This document shows, piece after piece, positions 1 to 8,108 of a stretch of 32,000 nt of DNA (the stretch's first letter is position 1; every line of letters begins with the position of its first letter). The notes beneath the pieces were generated by a model. The model ran no database searches and had not been told where the DNA came from. It saw only the letters and a program-made list of their open reading frames with translations. The DNA is from Candidatus Nanopusillus acidilobi (GTDB lineage: Archaea > Nanobdellota > Nanobdellia > Nanobdellales > Nanobdellaceae), in contig CP010514.1 of the NCBI GenBank assembly GCA_001552015.1, forward strand, positions 60,001 to 92,000, given 5' to 3'. The translations under genes were made by a program, and so were the position numbers.

Positions 1-2
1 TA

Positions 3-1412
3 ATAATTAATGTTACTCAAAATAATTCTTATCCAGAAATTCAATTTGGATATAGTTTTGATGGACAAAATATATATTGGTATGATAATGTTACATTATT
101 AATTCCATCAAATGGTAATATAATTATTTCTCCATATTTTACAGGTTCTAATAATATAGAAGATTTAGAATTTGTTATCGGAGGACCTGGATACGGAACC
201 TGTATAGATATAAACAATATTAGTGGATATTTAGGTTTATATTATTTATATAATAATCAATATCTTACTCCGGATCCATCAATATTTAATTTTGGTTTTA
301 ATACACAAGAATCTTCTTCAAATATTTATGAAAATATAATATCTCAAGGATTTGTAAATTTATTTACAGGTTATTTTTATCCAGAATATTTGGGAAGTAC
401 AAATACTTTAAATTATAATATATCAGTTTATTATTCTTACAATAATTCATATATAAATTATCAATATCCATTTGGAACAATTTTTAATATAAATATTCCG
501 GTATATATTTATCAAAACAATACATTATATTTATTAAATAATTTAACAATAAATGGGGAAAATTATAATATTAATTATTCTCAACAGTATGTTAATATAA
601 GTTTGCTTGTAAATAATAATTATAATATTTCTACAAGCTATATTGAATATTATTTGGTTACTATAAATGATAGTATTGGAATAAATTTCGCAATTTCTGG
701 AAATTATTTAAATGAAACATATTATAATAATATATATTCCCTTTATGCAAATAATATATTGAATATTTACTTAAATCAAACATATAATTTTGGAAATTAT
801 CAGTATTATTGTCCAAATAATATAACATTAAATATAAATAATTCAGAAAGTATAAATCTATCCAATTATTGTTATTTGCAATATCAACTAAATATATCTT
901 TTCCATTCAATTATACAATAAATAATAATACTTATTCTGGAAATAATAGTTTTTATATAAATGCAAATAGTAATATAACTATATTAATAAATTCAATTAA
1001 TTATATAAATAATCAGGAAAGATTGTATTGCAGTCAAAACAATATAACTTTAAATATAAATTCTCCAAAAAATATTAATTTAATCAATTACTGTATATAT
1101 CAATATTTAGTAAATATTAATACACAATTTTTAGTAAATATTTCTATAAATAATTCTGTAAATACTTATGGAAACACTTCTATCTTTTTAAATGATGGAA
1201 CTTTAATAAATATTTTGCCTTCAAAACATATTTATCCAGGATTCTTTTATAATACAATTTATTATGAAAATGGATATAATTATGTTGTAAATCAACCACT
1301 AAATATTGTTATACAGTTTAATAAAGAAATTCAGTATAATTATTTAAATATTGGATTATTGATTGGAGGAATAATTGGAATAATAGTGATAATATTATAT
1401 ATTTTATACTAA
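3..1412 (+). CDS. Surface or secreted N/Y/S/T-rich protein with a C-terminal TM anchor; 5'-truncated by the window edge
   Basis: My hand translation of frame 3 from nt 3 has no stop before the track ORF at 390, whose 'M' is a TTG. Many N-x-S/T sequons. C-terminal hydrophobic anchor LLIGGIIGIIVIILYILY, then TAA at 1410-1412. Confidence 0.75.
   Translation: MINVTQNNSYPEIQFGYSFDGQNIYWYDNVTLLIPSNGNIIISPYFTGSNNIEDLEFVIGGPGYGTCIDINNISGYLGLYYLYNNQYLTPDPSIFNFGFNTQESSSNIYENIISQGFVNLFTGYFYPEYLGSTNTLNYNISVYYSYNNSYINYQYPFGTIFNINIPVYIYQNNTLYLLNNLTINGENYNINYSQQYVNISLLVNNNYNISTSYIEYYLVTINDSIGINFAISGNYLNETYYNNIYSLYANNILNIYLNQTYNFGNYQYYCPNNITLNINNSESINLSNYCYLQYQLNISFPFNYTINNNTYSGNNSFYINANSNITILINSINYINNQERLYCSQNNITLNINSPKNINLINYCIYQYLVNINTQFLVNISINNSVNTYGNTSIFLNDGTLINILPSKHIYPGFFYNTIYYENGYNYVVNQPLNIVIQFNKEIQYNYLNIGLLIGGIIGIIVIILYILY
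804..1241 (+). repeat. Two tandem ~73-aa protein modules, each with a Cys-x19/20-Cys pair
   Basis: YYCPNNITLNINNSESINLSNYCYLQYQLNI aligns with LYCSQNNITLNINSPKNINLINYCIYQYLVNI. Cys at aa 141/161 and 214/235 of the track ORF. Confidence 0.6.
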
Positions 1413-1486
1413 TGGGACCGCCGGGATTTGAACCCGGGACCACCGGTACCCCAAACCGACATCCTTCCAGGCTGGACTACGGTCCC
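1413..1486 (-). tRNA. tRNA-Pro, anticodon GGG, 74 nt, no encoded CCA
   Basis: The reverse complement GGGACCGTAGTCCAGCCTGGAAGGATGTCGGTTTGGGGTACCGGTGGTCCCGGGTTCAAATCCCGGCGGTCCCA folds as a cloverleaf. Acceptor GGGACCG/CGGTCCC, anticodon loop TTGGGGT, G37, T-arm CCGGG-TTCAAAT-CCCGG. Confidence 0.95.
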
Positions 1487-1506
1487 AGATAAAAATATAT
1501 GAAAAA

Positions 1507-2097
1507 TTAAAATATATAAGGAATAAATCTAAAAGTTTCTTTCATATATTCTTCATATTCCTTTCCAAACTTTTCTAACATATATTTTTCTTCTGGAATT
1601 ACTTCTCCAAAATATATCATTAATGATACAATAAAAGCTCCTAATATTCCTAATAGACTATATGTTACAAAGCCAAGTCCAAAGAATATTATTATTTCTC
1701 CGAAATATCCAGGATGTCTTATATATTTGTATATACCATTTTTAATTATTTTTTGATCTTCAACAGTTCCAATAGATGGTAAATAATATTTTCCAAGGGT
1801 TGCTTCAGCAATACCTTGTAATGCTAATCCAATTATAAATAATGAAAATCCAATAATATAACCTAAATTGTAATTAAATAGCGAAAAATTATAATAGTAA
1901 TCTATTGATGCTAATATAACTATAAATGTCATTCCAAATAGTACATATAATATAAAACCTACTAAAGAATACAATTTTAATTCTATTATTTTTTCTTTTT
2001 CTTCTTTTATTATTATAAATGGCAATATCAATCCTACAATTATTTCTGATATTATAAAAAGAAATAGATATTCTTGTATTCCAAAGTTTATTATCAT
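1507..2097 (-). CDS. Isoprenylcysteine carboxyl methyltransferase (ICMT) / phospholipid methyltransferase family membrane protein
   Basis: Multi-TM protein with the C-terminal family motif GIYKYIRHPGYFGEIIIFFG (RHPxYxG). Confidence 0.75.
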   Translation of the reverse strand: MIINFGIQEYLFLFIISEIIVGLILPFIIIKEEKEKIIELKLYSLVGFILYVLFGMTFIVILASIDYYYNFSLFNYNLGYIIGFSLFIIGLALQGIAEATLGKYYLPSIGTVEDQKIIKNGIYKYIRHPGYFGEIIIFFGLGFVTYSLLGILGAFIVSLMIYFGEVIPEEKYMLEKFGKEYEEYMKETFRFIPYIF

Positions 2098-2283
2098 TTT
2101 AATATTATTTTGTTTTTTAAATATAAATTTATACTATCAGTGATTTGAACTGTAACTTGTGGTCAATAATCATTAGTCTGTAGCAACTATAATGGGTTTA
2201 AATTATGTTTTATCTTTACTGTAGTTAGTAAACTTTGAATTATTTCTAAGTTCTGTAAATTTAGACTCAAACTTTTAGAATAA

Positions 2284-2916
2284 TTACGATGTTGGTGTAT
2301 ATACTGTTGTTACTGTAAATGATAATAGAGTTGCTGTTATATTACTTGGGTTATAAGCAATTACTACATAGAGACCTGGACCAACAGAGAGATTATCATT
2401 TATATAAGTGCCCTGATCATATAAGTAATATTGATATGAGTAACCCTCAGCAAATTGTATTAAATTTTGTAAGTCAAGTACATAGATTTCGACAGGGCTT
2501 GATGCTGATACGGTTATGTATATTGTTCCTGAGAAGCCGTTTGGTACAACAACCCATGAATATTCAAAGTAGTCTGGTTGTAATGTACCATCACTAATAT
2601 TAAACTGTCCCAAGTATGTGAGTATGTTCCAATAAGTATTGTTTAGATTACTATACTGGCTCTGTAGTGAGCTATATTGTGTTTGTAGTGTCTGATATTG
2701 GTTTTGTAGGCTACCATAGTTTGTCTCCAGATTTGTATAGTTAGACTCAAGTGTATTGTATTGACTTTGTAATGTTTGATATTGTATTTGTAAGTTTTCG
2801 TAATTAGTTTCATAGTTTGCATAATTAAAATAAGTTGTCAACCATAGTACTGCAAATACTGAAGCTGCTATAGCCAAAATAATCAAACCAATCAGATATA
2901 TCTTAACTGATTTCAT
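2284..2916 (-). CDS. N-terminally anchored secreted protein: TM, heptad-repeat coiled coil, then a beta-rich C-terminal domain
   Basis: N-terminal TM IYLIGLIILAIAASVFAVLWL, about 9 heptads of xYxxLxx, and a C-terminal domain shared with the next gene (SSPVEIYVL, GLYVVIAYN, TTVYTPTS). GC is higher than in the neighbours. Confidence 0.7.
   Translation of the reverse strand: MKSVKIYLIGLIILAIAASVFAVLWLTTYFNYANYETNYENLQIQYQTLQSQYNTLESNYTNLETNYGSLQNQYQTLQTQYSSLQSQYSNLNNTYWNILTYLGQFNISDGTLQPDYFEYSWVVVPNGFSGTIYITVSASSPVEIYVLDLQNLIQFAEGYSYQYYLYDQGTYINDNLSVGPGLYVVIAYNPSNITATLLSFTVTTVYTPTS
2632..2826 (-). repeat. In-frame 21-nt periodic repeat encoding heptads (NYENLQI QYQTLQS QYNTLES NYTNLET NYGSLQN QYQTLQT QYSSLQS QYSNLNN)
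   Basis: A 7-aa period is directly visible in the translated ORF, with Y at position 2 and L at position 5 of each heptad. Confidence 0.8.
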
Positions 2917-3029
2917 ACAAAATAGTACTAAATAAAATTTTTAAGTATTATTAAAGTTATATACTTTAATTGTCTGCATATATTAACTGTCATGTTTATA
3001 CCTGATAGCTGGATATATAAAAATCAAAT

Positions 3030-4115
3030 CTATGACTCGGTAATAGCCAGCATGTTAGGTGTTGTTGGTATATATATTATTGTTACATTACCATTAACAT
3101 ATGTGTACTGAGCATTTGGCAATACATTACTAATGACTAAATAGTAACCACTATTAGCTAGTTGGGTTGTATTTAATGTAATCTCTGTGTTAAATATTGT
3201 TGATTCGCCACCATAGTAATATGCAGGGCTTGTAAATGACCATGCTTCCTGTTGGTATAGACTTTCAAAGTAATTAAATTGATCTGGTGTGAATAAAAAT
3301 AATTCAACAGGGCTTGTTGAGGTAATATTTACAACTAATTCTACATATTTACTGTTTGTTGATAAGTTATATTGTATTGGTAAGTATATGTAATACTGAG
3401 GAGAAAGACTTTCATTAATCGTTGAAACTGTAATTGTTGTAGGCCCACTGCACCAATTGCTTAGTTCTATAACTAACCAAGTATTGTTTTCAAGTTCTAC
3501 TGAGCATCCATATGACTGAAAGTACTGGGGTATATTTATGTTTGGACCTGGTATTTCAGTTACTGGACAGGAACCAGTAATTGCATAAGTTGGTCCGTAG
3601 CCAATATAATATCCATAGTATGTATAATTGCTATCTATTAAACCTTCCCAATAGATTGAAGCCTCTGATTGTAGGATCTGTGCGTACTTACTAGGTGTGT
3701 AGCCACTTGGGTCCAGACTTTCCTCGCCAATAATGAGAAAGCTTTGGTATTGACTTAGGTATTCGTTGAAGTCCTGATCAAAACCGTAGTTGCTTATTGT
3801 AGGGTTCTGGATCATTGTTTCGAACCTAATGTAGGCAAAGTTGTCTAGCCAAGGACAATGTTGTAATGGCGGAGCACCATTTGATTGTCTGTACTGATTT
3901 ACAATGCTAAAGAATTGGAAAACCCATGTTGAATTTATTGTGGTTTGTTTTATATATGAAGGATAATAAATGACTATGAGTATTATTAATATTAATAAAT
4001 TTATTATGATACTAGCAATAATTTTACTAATCATAAGTTTTCTAGACCTACTTTTATTTTCTTTATTATACCAATATCCATATTTTCTGTATTTATAATT
4101 ATCATCAGTCTTCAT
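3030..4115 (-). CDS. Membrane-anchored secreted protein with a possible CAP/SCP-like N-terminal ectodomain and a C-terminal domain paralogous to 2284-2916
   Basis: TM IIASIIINLLILIILIVIYY. VNQYRQSNGAPPLQHCPWLDNFAYIRFETM resembles the CAP/SCP N-terminal motif (NxxRxxxGxxPLxxxxxLxxxA); this is a weak call. C-terminal TSPVELFLF, GYYLVISN and TIIYIPTT match the neighbour. Confidence 0.65.
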   Translation of the reverse strand: MKTDDNYKYRKYGYWYNKENKSRSRKLMISKIIASIIINLLILIILIVIYYPSYIKQTTINSTWVFQFFSIVNQYRQSNGAPPLQHCPWLDNFAYIRFETMIQNPTISNYGFDQDFNEYLSQYQSFLIIGEESLDPSGYTPSKYAQILQSEASIYWEGLIDSNYTYYGYYIGYGPTYAITGSCPVTEIPGPNINIPQYFQSYGCSVELENNTWLVIELSNWCSGPTTITVSTINESLSPQYYIYLPIQYNLSTNSKYVELVVNITSTSPVELFLFTPDQFNYFESLYQQEAWSFTSPAYYYGGESTIFNTEITLNTTQLANSGYYLVISNVLPNAQYTYVNGNVTIIYIPTTPNMLAITES

Positions 4116-4265
4116 AGTTTGATGAATACATATATATTTTTATACTTTATGATCTTTTCTAATAATCCTTAGCCGTTTATAAAATATAAAACAATAATCT
4201 AATTATTGTTCAACTATAATAAAAGAATATATAATCTTTCTCTAATGAAAAATTAAATGAAAAAC

Positions 4266-4340
4266 TGGTGCCACCGCCGGGATTTGAACCCGGGACCTCT
4301 ACCTTACCAGGGTAGCGCTCTACCGCTGAGCTACGGTGGC
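4266..4340 (-). tRNA. tRNA-Thr, anticodon GGT, 75 nt including a genomically encoded 3' CCA
   Basis: The reverse complement GCCACCGTAGCTCAGCGGTAGAGCGCTACCCTGGTAAGGTAGAGGTCCCGGGTTCAAATCCCGGCGGTGGCACCA gives a perfect cloverleaf with anticodon loop CTGGTAA. Confidence 0.95.
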
Positions 4341-5254
4341 TATTTTCCAATCTTTTTTGATATAATATTTATATATTGTGGGTTTATACTATAAATATAT
4401 TCATTGTTATTTACTTCTCTTAATAATATACCTTGTTTATGCATTTTATTCAAATATTTTGATATAGTATTCCTTGGAAGATTTAATATTTTTGATATTT
4501 CTCTTGAGGACATTTTATTTTTATATAATATCTCTAAAATTCTTTTTTGTGTATTAGATAATTTTATATCACCTTCTAAATTTTTTATTTCTTCCAAATC
4601 TTTATTTATATTATCTATCCCCTCTTCTAATAAATTATTTAATTCAATAAATATTTGTCTAACATTATTATTATTCTTTCTTATTAAATTTCTCAATATT
4701 TTTTCATCTATATTTATTTTTCCCTTTAATTTTTTATTTATCAATTTTAATATTTCATCTTCTGGAGGGAATTTCATTTCAATCTTTCTATATAATCTAT
4801 TTAAGAAAGATAAAGTAGCATTCATTACTTGTGGAGATGGTTGAATTAGCATTATTGAATGAACAATCTTATTATCATATAAATATTTTAGTTTTTTAGA
4901 TACATCTTCTGGAAAATTATAATATTCATCTAATATCAATACTATAGGTAATTTATTTTCAAATTTAAAGAATAAGAACTTAATATATTTATTTTCTTCA
5001 ATTATTTCATCTATATCTTTATCTTTTTCATATTCTCCATTTATATATATTACATTATAATCATCTGATAGATCTTTTTTAATTTTAAATGCTAAAGAAG
5101 TTTTTCCAGATCCAATTGGTCCATATAATAAAAATATTTCTCCATTTATTATTGAATCTTTTACTTTTTTTATTATATCATCTACTCCAACTAAATTTTC
5201 ATTTGGTCTTATATCTAAAGGATTTTTAGAAAACCCATATTCTTTCCACCACAT
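4340..5254 (-). CDS. AAA+/P-loop ATPase fused to a C-terminal winged-helix DNA-binding domain
   Basis: Walker A GPIGSGKTS and Walker B-like VLILDEY. C-terminal HTH TQKRILEILYKNKMSSREISKILNLPRNTISKYLNKMHKQGILLR. Its TAG stop (4342-4340) overlaps nt 1 of tRNA-Thr. Confidence 0.7.
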   Translation of the reverse strand: MWWKEYGFSKNPLDIRPNENLVGVDDIIKKVKDSIINGEIFLLYGPIGSGKTSLAFKIKKDLSDDYNVIYINGEYEKDKDIDEIIEENKYIKFLFFKFENKLPIVLILDEYYNFPEDVSKKLKYLYDNKIVHSIMLIQPSPQVMNATLSFLNRLYRKIEMKFPPEDEILKLINKKLKGKINIDEKILRNLIRKNNNNVRQIFIELNNLLEEGIDNINKDLEEIKNLEGDIKLSNTQKRILEILYKNKMSSREISKILNLPRNTISKYLNKMHKQGILLREVNNNEYIYSINPQYINIISKKIGK

Positions 5255-5255
5255 C

Positions 5256-6902
5256 TTATTTTATATTATTTAATAATTCCATATAAGTTGATATTGACCA
5301 TAATTGATGTAAGGCCCCTACTGGTTTTAATTCGTATGCATTGGATCTTTCTGGTAATGTTCCTATCATTTTTATCAATCTTTCATCAGCTTTTATAATA
5401 CTATTTATTATATTTTCATATTTTTCCTTATTTAAATTGTATAAGTCTATAGCAGCAATATTATTTATAAAAATCCATGAATCTCCATTATGCATTGATT
5501 TTCCCTCATTTTTAAAATAATTATCCTCATTACTATATGGAATAAATTCTTTATCAAATATAGATAAACTACTAATTCCTCCCCATTTTAGATATAAATG
5601 AGTTAATGAATAATCAAATATATTTTCCCATTCATAATTTGAAAAAATCTTTGGGTAAAAATAATAGGATAAAAATACATTGCATCTTATTTTTTTATTT
5701 TTTATATCATCATATAATGAATAATCTGATAAATAATTCTTTCTAATTGAATTCTTTATTTTTTCTAATTTTTCTTTATATTCATCTTTCTTTGTATAAT
5801 TATATAAATTGTCATATGCATTTGCCATTAAAAATTGTATTTCAATTGGATAAATTCTATTTAATGTATCCATCCATGTTTCATTTGGATATGCTTTAAA
5901 TAAAAATAATTTTTCATCTAAATAATTTTCTTCAAATAGTTTTAGTTTCTCTATTATATTATTTACTAATTTATTAAATAAATCTCTTTCAAACAAATCT
6001 TTAAATTGAAATAATCTAAAAATATATAATCCTATTCCATCAGAATTTCCAACATTTTCATTTTTTATATTCTTCAATCTTCCATCTAATAAAAAATAAT
6101 TTGAATATTCAATTAACTTATTCTTTACAATATCTTTATTAATATAATATAATCCTTTTAATGAAATTAATAGATCTCTACTCCATTCTTGAAAATACCA
6201 TGGAAAACCTGCAGAAATGTTATTATCATAAATAAAAGATAATAATCTATTTTCAATTAAATCCTTTCCATTTAAATTTTCTTTATCATTTTTATATATT
6301 ATTTCTAATTCTTTTGCATAAAAAGAAAATGGCAAATATAGATATCTTTCAAATGGAGGAGATTTTCTATATAGATCATAATTATAATTTACTTTTACCC
6401 ATTTATTTAATTCTTGATAAACTTCAAATCCCTTTATTATTACTTCATAGTTTAAATCACCTTTATTAAATTTTATTTTTACATAATCCTTATTTTTTTC
6501 ATTATTATATATCCTTCCCCATTCATCTATATCGTATAAATATCTTATATCGAAATAAACATTTAATGTAGAGTATTTATTTGTTTTATACATTAATTTA
6601 TTATCTATTAATTTATATTCCTCCCATCCATTTTTATACATTATTTTTATATCATTATAATCCTTCAATATTACTTTTTCAATTTCATTATAATTTATAT
6701 CCCTATTTTCTATTTTTTCTATTATTTTGATAAAATTGTTGTTATAATATTGTAATAAACCGAAATATCTACTGTTATATAGTAAAGGTAAAAACAAAAA
6801 TGAACCTTTATTATTTATAACAGCATAATTAAAATTTTCCAATTCAATTTCCTTTTCCATACAAATATTTTTGTTAAAAGATTTATAATTATTTTTTTTC
6901 AT
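5256..6902 (-). CDS. Glycogen debranching enzyme-like protein (amylo-alpha-1,6-glucosidase, GDE_C-type)
   Basis: AGFPWYFQEWSRDLLISLKGL matches the GDE_C hallmark (G.PWF..WGRD..I.L.GL). HNGDSWIFINN lies near the C-terminus. The gene sits in a glycogen gene cluster. Confidence 0.7.
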   Translation of the reverse strand: MKKNNYKSFNKNICMEKEIELENFNYAVINNKGSFLFLPLLYNSRYFGLLQYYNNNFIKIIEKIENRDINYNEIEKVILKDYNDIKIMYKNGWEEYKLIDNKLMYKTNKYSTLNVYFDIRYLYDIDEWGRIYNNEKNKDYVKIKFNKGDLNYEVIIKGFEVYQELNKWVKVNYNYDLYRKSPPFERYLYLPFSFYAKELEIIYKNDKENLNGKDLIENRLLSFIYDNNISAGFPWYFQEWSRDLLISLKGLYYINKDIVKNKLIEYSNYFLLDGRLKNIKNENVGNSDGIGLYIFRLFQFKDLFERDLFNKLVNNIIEKLKLFEENYLDEKLFLFKAYPNETWMDTLNRIYPIEIQFLMANAYDNLYNYTKKDEYKEKLEKIKNSIRKNYLSDYSLYDDIKNKKIRCNVFLSYYFYPKIFSNYEWENIFDYSLTHLYLKWGGISSLSIFDKEFIPYSNEDNYFKNEGKSMHNGDSWIFINNIAAIDLYNLNKEKYENIINSIIKADERLIKMIGTLPERSNAYELKPVGALHQLWSISTYMELLNNIK

Positions 6903-6911
6903 TTTTTAATT

Positions 6912-8108
6912 ATGAAAATACTGTTTTTATCATGGGGAGTGTTTCCTCAAAAAGGTGGTGGATTAGAAAAAGTAACCTATTATTATTTAAAATATCTTGA
7001 TTATTTTAATAATAATGTTTATTTATTTATTTTAAACTTGACTGATGATGTAAAATCTTTTTGGGATAATAAATTAAAGAATTCAAAAATCTTTGGATTA
7101 AATATGAAATTATATCAGTCATATATAGATTATTTTAAATATGAATCTTTTACATTATACAAAAGAAAAATTATAGACTATAAAAGAGCAGTAATTGAAT
7201 ATAAAGATAGAATATTAGATATATTGAAGAAAATGAAATTAGATTTCGATATTATATATGCATATGATTGGTTAACTGCTTTAGCAGGTATAGAAATAAA
7301 GAAAATATACAAAAAACCACTGGTTGTTCATTTTCATTCTTTAGTATATGATAGAGTTGGAGGGAATCCTGATGTATTAAAATATTTATATGATTATGAT
7401 TATGGAATAGAGTTGGAAGCTTGTAAATATGCAGATAAAATTGTAGTAGTAAGTAAAAGGGAAAAGGATATATTGGTAAAATATTATAATTGTGATGAAA
7501 AGAAGATTGAGGTAATATATAATGCTCCAGATGATGATTTTAATATAAGAGAAAAAATAAATAGTAAAATAAAAGAGAAATATAAAATAGTATTATATCT
7601 TGGGAGAATGACAATGCATAAGGGTCCAGATTATTTATTAAGAGCAGCTAAAAAGGTTTTAGAAAAAAGGAAGGATATATTATTTATATTTGCAGGAACT
7701 GGAGAAATGTTGGAACAATTGATAAAAATGGCTGCAGATTTAAATATATCAAAAAATGTAATATTTACTGGATGGATTGATGATGATCTGGCAGAATATT
7801 TATATTCAATAGCAGATATATTTGTTTTACCATCTATATCAGAACCATTTGGTTTAACACCATTTGAAGCTTTAAAATATAAGGACTTTATTATAATATC
7901 AAAACAAACAGGAGTATATGAAGTATTAAAGAATGCATTGGCAGTTGATTTTTGGGATGTAAATAAAATGGCAGATTATATATTAGCATTATTATCTTAT
8001 CCAAGATTAGGAGAATTTGAGATAAAATTATGTTTGGATGATATAAAAAATTTATCTTGGAAAAATTCTGTAGAAAAATTAATTTCTATTTTCAATAGCC
8101 TGGTTTAA
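6912..8108 (+). CDS. GT-B glycosyltransferase (GT4/GT5), glycogen-synthase-like
   Basis: N-terminus MKILFLSW..FPQKGGGLEKV (K-GGL motif) and C-terminal PSISEPFGLTPFEALKY (E-x7-E region). Cluster context supports the call. Confidence 0.7.
   Translation: MKILFLSWGVFPQKGGGLEKVTYYYLKYLDYFNNNVYLFILNLTDDVKSFWDNKLKNSKIFGLNMKLYQSYIDYFKYESFTLYKRKIIDYKRAVIEYKDRILDILKKMKLDFDIIYAYDWLTALAGIEIKKIYKKPLVVHFHSLVYDRVGGNPDVLKYLYDYDYGIELEACKYADKIVVVSKREKDILVKYYNCDEKKIEVIYNAPDDDFNIREKINSKIKEKYKIVLYLGRMTMHKGPDYLLRAAKKVLEKRKDILFIFAGTGEMLEQLIKMAADLNISKNVIFTGWIDDDLAEYLYSIADIFVLPSISEPFGLTPFEALKYKDFIIISKQTGVYEVLKNALAVDFWDVNKMADYILALLSYPRLGEFEIKLCLDDIKNLSWKNSVEKLISIFNSLV

Noticed and set aside
2142-2150. GATTTGAAC, identical to the T-loop segment of both tRNAs; considered as a tRNA fragment, att remnant or split-tRNA half.
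   Set aside because: The match is only 9 nt. The flanks do not form a T-stem or acceptor stem on either strand, and there is no GC-rich complementary leader as expected for a tRNA half.
4119-4125. Plus-strand TTGATGA C-box-like string in the spacer next to the 3030-4115 start. Other internal TGATGA strings occur at 7040, 7530, 7787, 9305, 16558, 20149 and 23499.
   Set aside because: None is followed by CTGA after a ~12-nt guide, and none has the paired C'/D' arrangement.
4191-4209. Perfect 8-bp inverted repeat ACAATAAT-cta-ATTATTGT between tRNA-Thr and the 3030-4115 start; considered as a terminator or regulatory hairpin.
   Set aside because: It is an all-A/T stem with a single G:C pair and has low stability. 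Such palindromes are expected by chance at this base composition, and no adjacent T-run lies on the relevant strand.
4116-5254. Replication origin next to the Orc1/Cdc6-like ATPase.
   Set aside because: The ATPase has no upstream spacer; it abuts the debranching-enzyme gene. The nearby 150-nt spacer shows no ORB-like repeated elements, and the protein is short for Orc1/Cdc6.
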